Assembly: GCA_964383855.1 (NCBI GenBank)
Contig: CAYLIP010000004.1
Coordinates: forward strand, 482-64,481
Direction: 5' to 3'
Source: an uncultured Actinomycetes bacterium
Lineage (GTDB): Bacteria > Chloroflexota > Dormibacteria > Dormibacterales > Dormibacteraceae
Length of the DNA: 64,000 nucleotides
The position numbers and the translations under genes are program-made. The notes under the pieces were generated by a model. That model was not told the origin of the DNA and made no database searches. It saw only the letters and a program-made list of their open reading frames with translations. This document shows positions 7,759-16,864 of this stretch, one piece after another (position 1 is the stretch's first letter; every line of letters starts with the position of its first letter).

Positions 7759-8598
7759 ATGACGACGCTGAGACTGCCCAGCGGTGACGAGCTCAGTCCT
7801 GAGGATCGCGAGGTGGTCGACGGCATCGCCAGACGGCTCGGGACGCCTCCGGACGAGATGTCGATGATCTGGCAAGCGCAGCTTCACTGGCCCCAGCACC
7901 TGGAGGCCAACTACCGGCAGATGCTCTACAGCTACCGCTTCCAGGGCAGGATCCCGGCGCTGGCCAAGGAGGCCATGCACGCGGCGGTCTCCATGCACAA
8001 CCGCTGCGAGTTTTGACTGACGACGCATACGGCCGGCGTGCTCCGGCTGGGAATCGGCGAAAGGGGTGTCAGCGAGATCGTCGCCGTCGCCGAGCACGTC
8101 GCGAGCCTCTGTGCCGCCGCTGAGGCGCTGCGTCTTCCGGTCGATGTTCCCGAGGCGTCCAGGACCGCCGGCGCCGTTCGGCCGCTGGAGGCGGTCTCTC
8201 TCCAGGGCGAAGCCCGCGCCGCCATGGAGGAGATCGCGAGTTGGACTCAGGCCGGCCTGGGCACCTCTCACGTGCCTCTGATCTGGCGAAGCCTCGCCCA
8301 TCAGCCGCGGATGTTCGTCAACACCTGGCGCAAGGACCGCCTCGTCATGTCGGCGGGGCGGCTGGAACCCGGAATAAAGGCGTGCATCGCCTTCGCGGTG
8401 GCCGCCGCCAGGCAGAGCCCGTACATGATCGCGTACACCACTTCGCAGGTGAAGAGGTCGCTCGACCTCGAGGACGGCGCCCTGGTGGAGCTGGTTGCCG
8501 CGGTGATGCACTACGTCTCCTTCAACACGATCTCGCATGCGATGCTGCTGGAGCCGAGCCACACCGAGATGCGTGCGGCTGACTTCACCCAGGACTGA
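7759..8598 (+). CDS. two-domain AhpD/carboxymuconolactone-decarboxylase-like protein with in-frame UGA (8014..8016); predicted CxxU selenoprotein
   Basis: ATG at 7759 follows a GGAGGTG RBS. Track ORFs 7714..8016 and 8038..8598 share one frame. The joined reading AVSMHNRCEF-U-LTTHTAGVLRLGIGERGVSEIVAV matches the CMD-family C-x-x-C-x3-H motif, with U at the second Cys. Confidence 0.65.
8030..8049 (+). promoter_or_regulatory. SECIS-like hairpin downstream of UGA
   Basis: UGA, then 13 nt, then CGGCCGG-CGUGCU-CCGGCUG (7-bp stem including one G-U pair). Confidence 0.4.
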
Positions 8599-8720
8599 AG
8601 CGCGCCACTCCCGCAAGGGTCGGCTGTCCCAAGCCCGGGACACGCACGAGTCACACTTCAGGCACTGATACGTCGCAGGAGCCGGCGAAAGATCCAAACC
8701 CCGTTGTGAGGTCAGCTGAA

Positions 8721-9128
8721 ATGCGCGAGAGATACACCGCCCCGTACGTCAACTTCCAGGGTCGCGCGCGAGAGGCGATGGAGTTCTATCACCGGGCCCT
8801 GGGAGGCGACCTTCAGCTCGTCGCCCAGGACGAGAACGGCCAGCCCCGGCCGGCCGGCCCCGGCGATCGCATCATGCACGCGCGCCTCGAGTCTGACGGC
8901 ATCCTGATAGTCGGCTCGGACGGCCATCCCCAGTTCCCGGCGAGGGTGGGCGAGAACCTGGCCATCGTTCTCGGCGGCAGTGACCGGGAAGGGCTGGCCA
9001 GGGCATTCGAGGCCTTGAGCGAGGGTGGCCAGGTCAAGATGCCACTGACGAAGACGCCGTGGGGCGAGGCGGCCTGGTTCGCGGACCGATTCGGCATCAA
9101 CTGGAACGTGGACATCGACGCCGGTTAG
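8721..9128 (+). CDS. VOC/PhnB-like (glyoxalase-fold) protein
   Basis: YVNFQGRAREAMEFYHRALGG..MHARLE..PWGEAAWFADRFGINW. ATG at 8721 follows a GAGG RBS; an alternative GTG lies at 8706. Confidence 0.8.
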   Translation: MRERYTAPYVNFQGRAREAMEFYHRALGGDLQLVAQDENGQPRPAGPGDRIMHARLESDGILIVGSDGHPQFPARVGENLAIVLGGSDREGLARAFEALSEGGQVKMPLTKTPWGEAAWFADRFGINWNVDIDAG

Positions 9129-9272
9129 AGGCAGCGGCCGACCCATCGGCCGGCGCCTGGGTGGAGGGCGGAGACGGCTTCGTCGGCATCGAAGTCATGA
9201 GCGCGGAGCAGTACGCAAAGCCGGCGCAGTAACCCGCCGCCGGGGACCCCTCGCCGGGGCCACCGGCCGGGC

Positions 9273-9872
9273 TCAGCCGGACCGGCCGGCCTCGTCGCGG
9301 CGGGTCAGGATCCCGAGCAAGGCCTTCCAGGGTCCGACGGCCTGGTCGCGGCTGCCTGCCAGCGCGGCATACATCTGCTGCACGTGGTCCAGGTCGTGCA
9401 CCGCCCAGGTTGAGACGAGCTGGCCCAGGGTCACCTCTCCGAATTCGGGGTGAACTCCGCGGCGCTCCAGGTCGGCCTCGTCGTCAACCAGAGCTGCCAG
9501 GCGGGCCAGGCTCTGGGCCCGAAGTGAGGCGAAGCGCTCCACCAGGTCGGCCAGCGGCACGCCCACGTCCCGCTCGACGTGGGCAAACCGGTCGAAGCCG
9601 TCGAAGGTCCGGCTCGTGCCCTCCGTGAGGATCATCTCAACCCGCGGGATCCAGTTCTGGACTTCGGCCGAAATCAGGTGACCCACGACATCGCGTGGCG
9701 TCCAGCCACCGGCGGTGTCCAGCTCCTCGAGCCAGCTCTCTGGGAGACCCACCAGCAGCTCGCGCACAACCGCCGGCGTCCGCCCCAGCAGGGCAATCGT
9801 ATCTTCCATGAAGGCGCCGGCGGCCACCGCGCCATGGTAAAAGGGCTTGCGCATCGGCGCCGTTCGGTCCAC
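9273..9872 (-). CDS. DinB-family (four-helix-bundle metal-binding) protein
   Basis: GHLISAE..WAVHDLDHVQQM gives the histidine pattern of DinB_2-type proteins. The start is uncertain (9872, 9854 or 9809). Confidence 0.7.
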   Translation of the reverse strand: MDRTAPMRKPFYHGAVAAGAFMEDTIALLGRTPAVVRELLVGLPESWLEELDTAGGWTPRDVVGHLISAEVQNWIPRVEMILTEGTSRTFDGFDRFAHVERDVGVPLADLVERFASLRAQSLARLAALVDDEADLERRGVHPEFGEVTLGQLVSTWAVHDLDHVQQMYAALAGSRDQAVGPWKALLGILTRRDEAGRSG

Positions 9873-9886
9873 TCTTTCCGGCGCCA

Positions 9887-10564
9887 GTGACCAAAGAGGT
9901 GTCCGGCCCGGCGGTTCGACCGGGCGCCCGGCGGCCGATGAAGACCCGCCAGCGAGCCTGGGCTCGCGCCACCGGAAGCTGGCTGGCGACGCGCCAAGTG
10001 CGCCCGAACTGGATCTCGATCGCCGGCGTGGCCGCGGCCGGGCTGGGCGCCGTCTGCCTGGCGCTGGTCCCGCACGCGGGCCGGCCGCTGCAGGCTGCGC
10101 TGCTCCTGCTCGCCGCCGGGTTGGTTCCCCTGCGGCTCCTGGCCAACATGCTCGACGGGCTGGTCGCGGTGGAGGGAGGCCTGCGGTCCCCGGTGGGCGA
10201 ACTCTTCAACGAGATCCCCGACCGGATCTCCGACGCGGTGCTTCTGGTCGCCGCGGGGTACGCGATCCCCGCCAACTACGGCCCGGCTCTCGGCTGGCTG
10301 GTCGCGCTGCTGGCGGTGGGAACCGCCTACGTGCGACTGCTGGGCGGTTCTCTGGGCCTGAAGCAGGACTTCGGCGGGCCGCTGGCAAAGCCGCAGCGCA
10401 TGGTGGTGCTGATCGTCGCCTGCCTCGCGTCGATCGGCGAGGTGGCGGTCTTCGGCTACCAGGGGCTGGTCATGACGGTCGCGCTGGCCATCCTCGCCGC
10501 GGGGACGGCGGTCACGCTGGTGAGGAGGACGCGACGGATCGCCGGCGGCCTGGCGCGCCCGTGA
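9887..10564 (+). CDS. CDP-alcohol phosphatidyltransferase-family protein
   Basis: Multi-pass membrane protein with NMLDGLVAVEGGLRSPVGELFNEIPDRISD, a variant of the DG..G..D-x3-D motif. Confidence 0.8.
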   Translation: MTKEVSGPAVRPGARRPMKTRQRAWARATGSWLATRQVRPNWISIAGVAAAGLGAVCLALVPHAGRPLQAALLLLAAGLVPLRLLANMLDGLVAVEGGLRSPVGELFNEIPDRISDAVLLVAAGYAIPANYGPALGWLVALLAVGTAYVRLLGGSLGLKQDFGGPLAKPQRMVVLIVACLASIGEVAVFGYQGLVMTVALAILAAGTAVTLVRRTRRIAGGLARP

Positions 10565-11187
10565 TGCAGCGCGTGATCGCGGCCCTTGCCCGCGTCGTCA
10601 TCGGCGCCACCGTCGCCTGGTCGCCGGAGCTCGCCGCCGACGCTCAGCGGATCTACGTGGCCAACCACTCGAGCCATTTCGATTTCGTTGCCATCTGGGC
10701 CGCGCTGCCCCAGCACCTGCGCGCTCGGACCCGGCCGGTCGCCGCCGAGGACTACTGGTCGCAGGGCCGGCTCCGGCGGTACTTCGCGCGCGACATCTTC
10801 AGGGCGGTGCTGATCAGGCGATCGGCGCCCGGGGCAGGAGCGGAGGAGGCGCGTAGGGCCGGCCAGGAAGGCGTGGCAAGGATGCGCCAGGCGCTCGACG
10901 AGGGGAGTTCCCTGATCCTGTTTCCGGAGGGCACGAGGGGATCGGGAGGCACGATGGGACCGTTCCGGAGCGGCCTCTACCACCTGTGCGGCGAACGGCC
11001 CGACGTCGACGTGGTGCCCGTGCACCTCCTCAACCTGAACCGCGTGCTTCCCAAGGGGCAGATGATCCCGCTGCCGATCGTCACCCGGGTCAGGTTCGGG
11101 CCGCCTTTCCGCCTCGGACCGGGAGAGTCGAGGGATGCCTTCCTGGAGCGAGCGCGCACGGCCGTGGCGGAGCTCGTGATCAGTTGA
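10564..11187 (+). CDS. lysophospholipid (1-acyl-glycerol-3-phosphate-type) acyltransferase
   Basis: ATG overlaps the upstream TGA (GTGATG). Motifs HSSHFD (H-x4-D) and FPEGTRG are present. Confidence 0.85.
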   Translation: MQRVIAALARVVIGATVAWSPELAADAQRIYVANHSSHFDFVAIWAALPQHLRARTRPVAAEDYWSQGRLRRYFARDIFRAVLIRRSAPGAGAEEARRAGQEGVARMRQALDEGSSLILFPEGTRGSGGTMGPFRSGLYHLCGERPDVDVVPVHLLNLNRVLPKGQMIPLPIVTRVRFGPPFRLGPGESRDAFLERARTAVAELVIS

Positions 11188-12134
11188 TGCTGCTGCACGA
11201 CCGCGCCTTCCAGACGCTCGCGGTCGGCGCCTTCGCATTCCTGCTGCTGGCGACCGTCGCCGGCCGACTCATCGCCTGGCGGGTTGCCAGCCCGGGCGCC
11301 GCCGAGACGGTGCGCAACCTGAATGCGCGCATCAACGCCTGGTGGGCGATGGCGGCGGTCTTCGCGCTGGCCGTCATCACCGGCGGCATCGGTTCATTCA
11401 TCCTCTTCGGACTCCTGTCGTTCCTGGCCCTCAGGGAGTTCATCGCCCTGACTCCAACCGGGACCGCCGATCACCAGGCGCTGGTCATCAGCTTCTTTGT
11501 CGTGACGCCGCTCCAGTACTTCCTGGTCTGGACCTACTGGGCCGACCTCTTCACGATCATGATCCCGGTCTACGCCTTCCTCTTCATCACGCTCCGGATG
11601 GTGGTGGCGGGCGACACGAGAGACTTCCTGGCCCGGGCGGCCAGCGTCCAGTGGGGCCTCATGATCTGTGTCTACCTGCTCAGCTACGCGCCCGCCCTGC
11701 TCGAGATCAATCTGCGCCGCTCCGGACACCAGGGCGCCAAGCTCCTGCTCTTCCTGGTCCTCATCACGCAGTTCAGCGACGTGTTCCAGTACATATTCGG
11801 CAAGCTCTTCGGCCGGCGCCCGGTGGCGCCCTCACTGAGCCCGAGCAAGACCTGGGAGGGCCTGATCGGAGGCATCGGCTGCGCCGTGCTGCTGGGTGCC
11901 GGGCTGTGGTGGGCGACTCCCTTCAACCCCTGGGAGGCAGCGATCATGGCGCTCCTGATTGCGGTCATCGGCTTTGGCGGCGGCCTGGTGATGTCGGCTG
12001 TGAAGCGCGATCGGGGCGTGAAGGATTGGGGCTCGCTGATCGCCGGTCACGGAGGAGTGCTCGACCGAATCGATTCGCTGACATTCGCGGCGCCCATCTT
12101 CTTCCACGCCACCCGCTTCTTCTTTGGCGGCTGA
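11187..12134 (+). CDS. cdsA: phosphatidate cytidylyltransferase
   Basis: ATG overlaps the upstream TGA (TGATG). Polytopic membrane protein with the SPSKTWEGLIGG..GHGGVLDRIDS signature. Confidence 0.85.
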   Translation: MLLHDRAFQTLAVGAFAFLLLATVAGRLIAWRVASPGAAETVRNLNARINAWWAMAAVFALAVITGGIGSFILFGLLSFLALREFIALTPTGTADHQALVISFFVVTPLQYFLVWTYWADLFTIMIPVYAFLFITLRMVVAGDTRDFLARAASVQWGLMICVYLLSYAPALLEINLRRSGHQGAKLLLFLVLITQFSDVFQYIFGKLFGRRPVAPSLSPSKTWEGLIGGIGCAVLLGAGLWWATPFNPWEAAIMALLIAVIGFGGGLVMSAVKRDRGVKDWGSLIAGHGGVLDRIDSLTFAAPIFFHATRFFFGG

Positions 12135-12280
12135 TCGGGAGTCTGCCCGCCGCCGGCTAGGATTGCAGAGCGCCGCCCGCGATACCACCTCCCCGCCGCC
12201 CCACGGCGGCCGGAGGCCCGCAGGGTAACCGAGGGTTGCGGACGGCGCCCCCTCCGCCTCAGCCTCCGCCTGGCCGAGCC

Positions 12281-14065
12281 TCAGTCACGCCGGCCGCTTC
12301 TCAGCCGCTCGTAACCGGGTCCCCGGTCGATCAAAGGCCGCGGCGAGCGACCCTCGCGCCGCAGCCCGGCGATCGCGCCCTCCCGGACGATCACGCCGTA
12401 GTCGCGCTCCGCCGCCGCCTCCGAGACCAGTCCGCGGAGCACGTCCTGGAGCACCAGCTCGGGCTCCCGCTCGAAGGGGTTCCCCCAGCCGCCGCCGCCG
12501 GTCGTGCGCAGGCGCAGCAGGGTCCCGGCGGGGAGGGCCACATCGTCGTTCATCCCCGGCAGCACCTCGCCGTCGACGCTCGCCTGGTAGGGCAGGCCGG
12601 CCATACCGCCGGCCACGCCGTAGGGGCCGAGCTCGCACCGATCGGCCGTGGAGACGAAGGCCGCGTCGCGGAGCAGCCGGATGTGCTTGTCGTAGCCGAG
12701 ACCGCCCCGCCGCCGGCCGGGGCCGCCAGAGTCGGTGGCCAGCGCCAGCTTCTCGATCAGGACCGGAAACCGGGTCTCGGCAAACTCCGCGGGCAGGTTC
12801 TTCGAGTCGGGCACGATGTGAATCGCGTCCGAGCCGTCGGCGTAGAAGCGACCACCTGAGCCTCCGCCGAGGACCTCGCGAAGCAGGTACCAGCCGCCGC
12901 CGGCGTCGGTGCCGTGGATGCCCCAGTAGCGGATCGTCTCCTGATCGGCCGGCATCCGCCCGCCCACGGCCTGGGCCAGGCAGCCGGCGAAGACGCCGAG
13001 CAGCCGCAGGATGAGGAAGGAGCGGGCGTTGGTGGGCGCCGGGAAGACGGGCGTCACGAGCGTCCCCTTGGGCGGAAACCGCAGCTCGAGGATGTCGCAG
13101 ATGCCCTCGTTGATGTCGAGCTGGGCGGCGCGCTCGGGCGACCCGGCCAGGTTGCGGAGGATGCAGGCCATCCACTTGCGCAGGAAGAGGCCGTCGGCAT
13201 AGTCGCCGGCGTGGTTGATGGGGCCGCGGGCCTGCGGCCCGGTGCCGGTGAGGTCGCAGACGATGCGGTCGGCCGTCTTGGTCATGGTCAGCCTGAGCAC
13301 GTGCAGGCGCTGATCGGTGACGCCGTCCTGCTCGATGTAGTCCTCGAACTCGTAGACGCCATCGGGAATGCGGGGCAGGATCTCGGTCCGAAAAGTGGCG
13401 GCGCAGCGCTCGATGAGCGCGTCAAAGCAGGCCTCCACGGTCTCGGTCCCGTACGTCTCGAAGAGGCGCTGGAGGCGCCGGGCGCCCATCTGGCACGCGG
13501 CCACCTCGCTGTCGAGATCGCCCGCGAAGGATTCGGGGGTCCGCGAGTTGCGCACGATCACGCGATAGAGGTCCTCGTTGCGCCGGCCCGCGTCGAAGAG
13601 CTTGACCGGAGGCACCATCAGCCCCTCCTGGAAGGCGCTGGTGGCGTGGGCGGGCATCGATCCCGGGACCATGCCGCCGATGTCGTCGTGGTGGCCGAAG
13701 GCCTGCACGAAAGCGACCACCTCGCCCTCGTGGAAGACCGGCACCGTGGTCGTCAGGTCGGGCAGGTGGCCGACCGATCCCTCCGAGAGATAGACGTCGT
13801 TGTGGTAGTACACGTCGCCCTCGCGCATGGCCATGGGCGGAAAGTCGCGGACCACCGGCTGCACCATGGCCGAGTAGGAGCGCCCGGTCAGCTTGCGGCA
13901 GCGACGGTCATGGATTCCGGCCCGGTAGTCGTGCTGGTCGCGGATCATGGGCGAGCGCGCGGTGCGCTCGATCGCCGCCTCGACCTCGGCCTCGACCGAC
14001 CGCAGGGTGCCGTCAACGACCTCGAGCACGATCGGGTCGACCGCGGCGCGGCTAGCGGTGCTCAA
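12281..14065 (-). CDS. hyuB: hydantoinase B / oxoprolinase-family subunit
   Basis: 594 aa. The N-terminus DPIVLEVVDGTLRSVEAEVEAAIERTARSPMIRDQHDYRAG is typical of HyuB. Overlaps the HyuA stop by 14 nt. Confidence 0.9.
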   Translation of the reverse strand: MSTASRAAVDPIVLEVVDGTLRSVEAEVEAAIERTARSPMIRDQHDYRAGIHDRRCRKLTGRSYSAMVQPVVRDFPPMAMREGDVYYHNDVYLSEGSVGHLPDLTTTVPVFHEGEVVAFVQAFGHHDDIGGMVPGSMPAHATSAFQEGLMVPPVKLFDAGRRNEDLYRVIVRNSRTPESFAGDLDSEVAACQMGARRLQRLFETYGTETVEACFDALIERCAATFRTEILPRIPDGVYEFEDYIEQDGVTDQRLHVLRLTMTKTADRIVCDLTGTGPQARGPINHAGDYADGLFLRKWMACILRNLAGSPERAAQLDINEGICDILELRFPPKGTLVTPVFPAPTNARSFLILRLLGVFAGCLAQAVGGRMPADQETIRYWGIHGTDAGGGWYLLREVLGGGSGGRFYADGSDAIHIVPDSKNLPAEFAETRFPVLIEKLALATDSGGPGRRRGGLGYDKHIRLLRDAAFVSTADRCELGPYGVAGGMAGLPYQASVDGEVLPGMNDDVALPAGTLLRLRTTGGGGWGNPFEREPELVLQDVLRGLVSEAAAERDYGVIVREGAIAGLRREGRSPRPLIDRGPGYERLRSGRRD

Positions 14066-16040
14066 GCACCAGGTTCCCCAGGCCGTCGACGCGGAAGTCG
14101 AAGCCGGCCTCGATCACGGTCGTCGAGCCGTACTCCTCGACGATCGCCGGTCCCTCCGCGCCGAACCCGACCGGGAGATCGTCGCGGCGGTAGACCACAA
14201 AGCCCGCCCGCTTCCCGGTCGGCCGCCCGCTCCCGGCAGGCGGCGCCAGCTCCAGCGGCGGGCGGTCGATCAGGCCGATGCCCGTGACCTTCCAGTTCAC
14301 GAACTCGACGACCTGCCGGTCGCGGTAGGCGTAGCCGTAGGAGCGCTCGTGAAGGTCGTGGAAGCCGGCGGCGGCGAGCGCCGGATCGAAGGCGGAGCCC
14401 ACGTCGACCGACAGCTCGTGCGCCTCGCCCAGATAGCGCGCGTCGACCGACCGGCGCAGCCGCATGCGCTCCTCGGGGATGCCCTGCCGTTGCAGCGACT
14501 CACGAGCCAGCTCCTCGAGGCTTGCGAAGGCGGCGGCCACGGCGCCGGCGTCGACCGCGTCGTGGCGCTGAACCCGGGTCAGGACGTACTCGTCCTTGAA
14601 GTCGACTGCGAGCAGTCCAAACGCGGAAACGTTGCCCGGGTTGGGCGGGATCATGACGCTCCGCAGCCCCAGCAGCTGGGCGATCCGGGCAGCCTGCAGC
14701 GGGCCGGCGCCACCGAAGGCGACAAGGGTGTCTCCGGCCGGGTCGATGCCGCGCTTGACGGTCAGCTGGAGCACGGCGTTGGCCTGGTTGTGCGCGGAGA
14801 TCTCGAGGATGCCCTCGGCGGTCCGCTCCGGCGTCAGGCCGAGGGAACCGGCCAGGCGCCGGATGCCCTCGGCGGCCAGCTCGGACCGGAGTGACACCGC
14901 CCCGCCCGCCAGGCGCTCGGGCAGCCGCCCCAGGACGAGCTGAGCGTCGGTCACGGTCGGCTGCTCGCCGCCCCGCCCGTAGGCCATCGGTCCCGGGAAG
15001 GCGCCCGCGCTCCGGGGACCGACGCGCAGCCCGCCCTCGGGGCTCAACCAGGCGATCGAGCCGCCGCCGGTCCCCACCGAGACGATGTCGATCATCGGGA
15101 CCCGCACCGGGAATTCGCCGATGTGGCCCTCGCGGGTCAGCTGGGGCTCGGCCGCCTCGACCAGGCAGACGTCGGTCGAGGTGCCGCCGGTGTCAATCGT
15201 GATCACGCGCTCGAAGCCGGCCTGGCGGGCCAGCCAGGAGGCTCCCAGCGCCCCCGCGGCCGGCCCGGAGAGCGCCGTCGCGATCGGGCGCCGCGCCACC
15301 GCGGCCGCCGGCAGCACGCCACCGTTCGACTTCATGATCAGGAGCGGCGCGCCCGGCGTCAGTTCCTCGAGCTGCGCCGCGGCCCGTTCCAGGTACCCGT
15401 TCACATGCGGCTTGACGAAGGCGTCGACCAGGGTCGTCATCGCCCGCTCGTACTCCCTGTACTCGGGCCACACCTCGCTCGAGATCGAGACGACCGCCCC
15501 CGGATGCTCCTCGAGCAGGAGCTCGCGCATCCGCACCTCGTGGGCGGGGTTGGCGTACGAGTGCAGGAAGCAGATCCCCACCGCCGTGACGCCGTCTTCC
15601 CGGAGACGCCGGCCGGCGGCGCGCGCCTCCGCCTCGTCGAGCGGCGTCAGCACCTCGCCGGTGTAGAGCAGCCTCTCGGTCACCTCGAAGACGCGCTCAA
15701 GGGGCACGATCCGCTCGGGCTTGACCCAGAAGTAGGAGTTGCCGTATCCGCTGGGAACGCTCTGCCGGGCGATCTCGAGCACGTGCCGGAATCCCCTCGT
15801 GGTGACCAGCGCCAGCGACTGAAAGCGGTGCTCGAGCATCGCGTTGGTGGCGACCGTCGTCCCGTGGGCGACCGCTCCCACGCGGCGCCCGGAGGCGATC
15901 TCGCGCAGGCCGTCGACCAGCGCCCGGGCGGGGTCGGAAGGGGTGCTGGGAACCTTCAGCTGCACCGCCTTACCCGACTCCTCGAGGAGCACCAGGTCGG
16001 TGAAGGTCCCCCCCGTGTCTATTCCGACCCGAACCGGCAC
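14052..16040 (-). CDS. hyuA: hydantoinase A / oxoprolinase-family subunit
   Basis: VRVGIDTGGTFTDLV begins at GTG 16040, just after the upstream response regulator stop at 16051. The track start at 16166 would overlap that gene. Confidence 0.9.
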   Translation of the reverse strand: MPVRVGIDTGGTFTDLVLLEESGKAVQLKVPSTPSDPARALVDGLREIASGRRVGAVAHGTTVATNAMLEHRFQSLALVTTRGFRHVLEIARQSVPSGYGNSYFWVKPERIVPLERVFEVTERLLYTGEVLTPLDEAEARAAGRRLREDGVTAVGICFLHSYANPAHEVRMRELLLEEHPGAVVSISSEVWPEYREYERAMTTLVDAFVKPHVNGYLERAAAQLEELTPGAPLLIMKSNGGVLPAAAVARRPIATALSGPAAGALGASWLARQAGFERVITIDTGGTSTDVCLVEAAEPQLTREGHIGEFPVRVPMIDIVSVGTGGGSIAWLSPEGGLRVGPRSAGAFPGPMAYGRGGEQPTVTDAQLVLGRLPERLAGGAVSLRSELAAEGIRRLAGSLGLTPERTAEGILEISAHNQANAVLQLTVKRGIDPAGDTLVAFGGAGPLQAARIAQLLGLRSVMIPPNPGNVSAFGLLAVDFKDEYVLTRVQRHDAVDAGAVAAAFASLEELARESLQRQGIPEERMRLRRSVDARYLGEAHELSVDVGSAFDPALAAAGFHDLHERSYGYAYRDRQVVEFVNWKVTGIGLIDRPPLELAPPAGSGRPTGKRAGFVVYRRDDLPVGFGAEGPAIVEEYGSTTVIEAGFDFRVDGLGNLVLEHR

Positions 16041-16050
16041 ACGCCGATTA

Positions 16051-16656
16051 TCAGGCCCGGCGGCGGACCCGCCGGCGGCGCTCCGGGCGCCCGGCGGCGT
16101 CCCGGTTGACGATCTCGGCGACCTGCGCCCGGAGGGTCGCCATATCGGGCGCCGCAAAGGGCGCAATCCCCCGGGCCGCCAGCAGAGCCGCCGCGCCCAG
16201 CGGCAGCTCCGAGACCGCCAAGCTGGTGGTCGCCCGCAGCATCTGGAGAACGTCGTCCAGCCTGCGCGGCTGCCGGCGGCGATCGGCCGGACGGCCGACC
16301 GCGTTCTCGATCAGCGAGACCAGCTGGGCCGGCGTCGTCCGGCTCTTCACGATGAACGGGGCCCCGAGCCTGAGCACATCCTCCCGCAGCTCGGGGAGCT
16401 CGCTGTTGGAGACGACAAGCGCGGGCAGCGCCGCGGTCGTCGAACTGGCCCGGATGTGCCTCAGCACCTCGGCTCCGCTGAGCCCGGGCAGCGAGAGGTC
16501 GAGGATCACGGCCGCGTGAGCCTCCTCCCCGACCAGGGCGACGCCCGCATCCCCGCTGGACGCGATGTCGACCTGCCAGCCGGCGTTGCGCAGGGCGAGC
16601 GCGTACATGCCGGCGATGCTGGCATCGTCTTCGACCAGGAGCAGCCGTGAGGGCAC
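16051..16656 (-). CDS. response regulator receiver protein with uncharacterised C-terminal extension
   Basis: RLLLVEDDASIAGMY..AVILDLSLPGLSG..VVSN..K matches a receiver (REC) domain. No recognisable output domain follows. Confidence 0.8.
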   Translation of the reverse strand: MPSRLLLVEDDASIAGMYALALRNAGWQVDIASSGDAGVALVGEEAHAAVILDLSLPGLSGAEVLRHIRASSTTAALPALVVSNSELPELREDVLRLGAPFIVKSRTTPAQLVSLIENAVGRPADRRRQPRRLDDVLQMLRATTSLAVSELPLGAAALLAARGIAPFAAPDMATLRAQVAEIVNRDAAGRPERRRRVRRRA

Positions 16657-16864
16657 CAGCAGAGGGTGGCCGGAGGCGCCTGCCTATCGGCTGCAGAGCC
16701 TTTACTTCGCTTGATGCCACGCTTCGCCGCCTGGCCGGGCGACCCGGCAAATGCACGGAAGTGGCTGTAAGCCGTTGGCAGTCGGGGCGCCAGGGGCTAC
16801 CTTTCCGGCGGCGACGTCAGTCGTCCAAGTCACCGTTCGGACCAGGAAGGGAGAGGGGCAGCAT

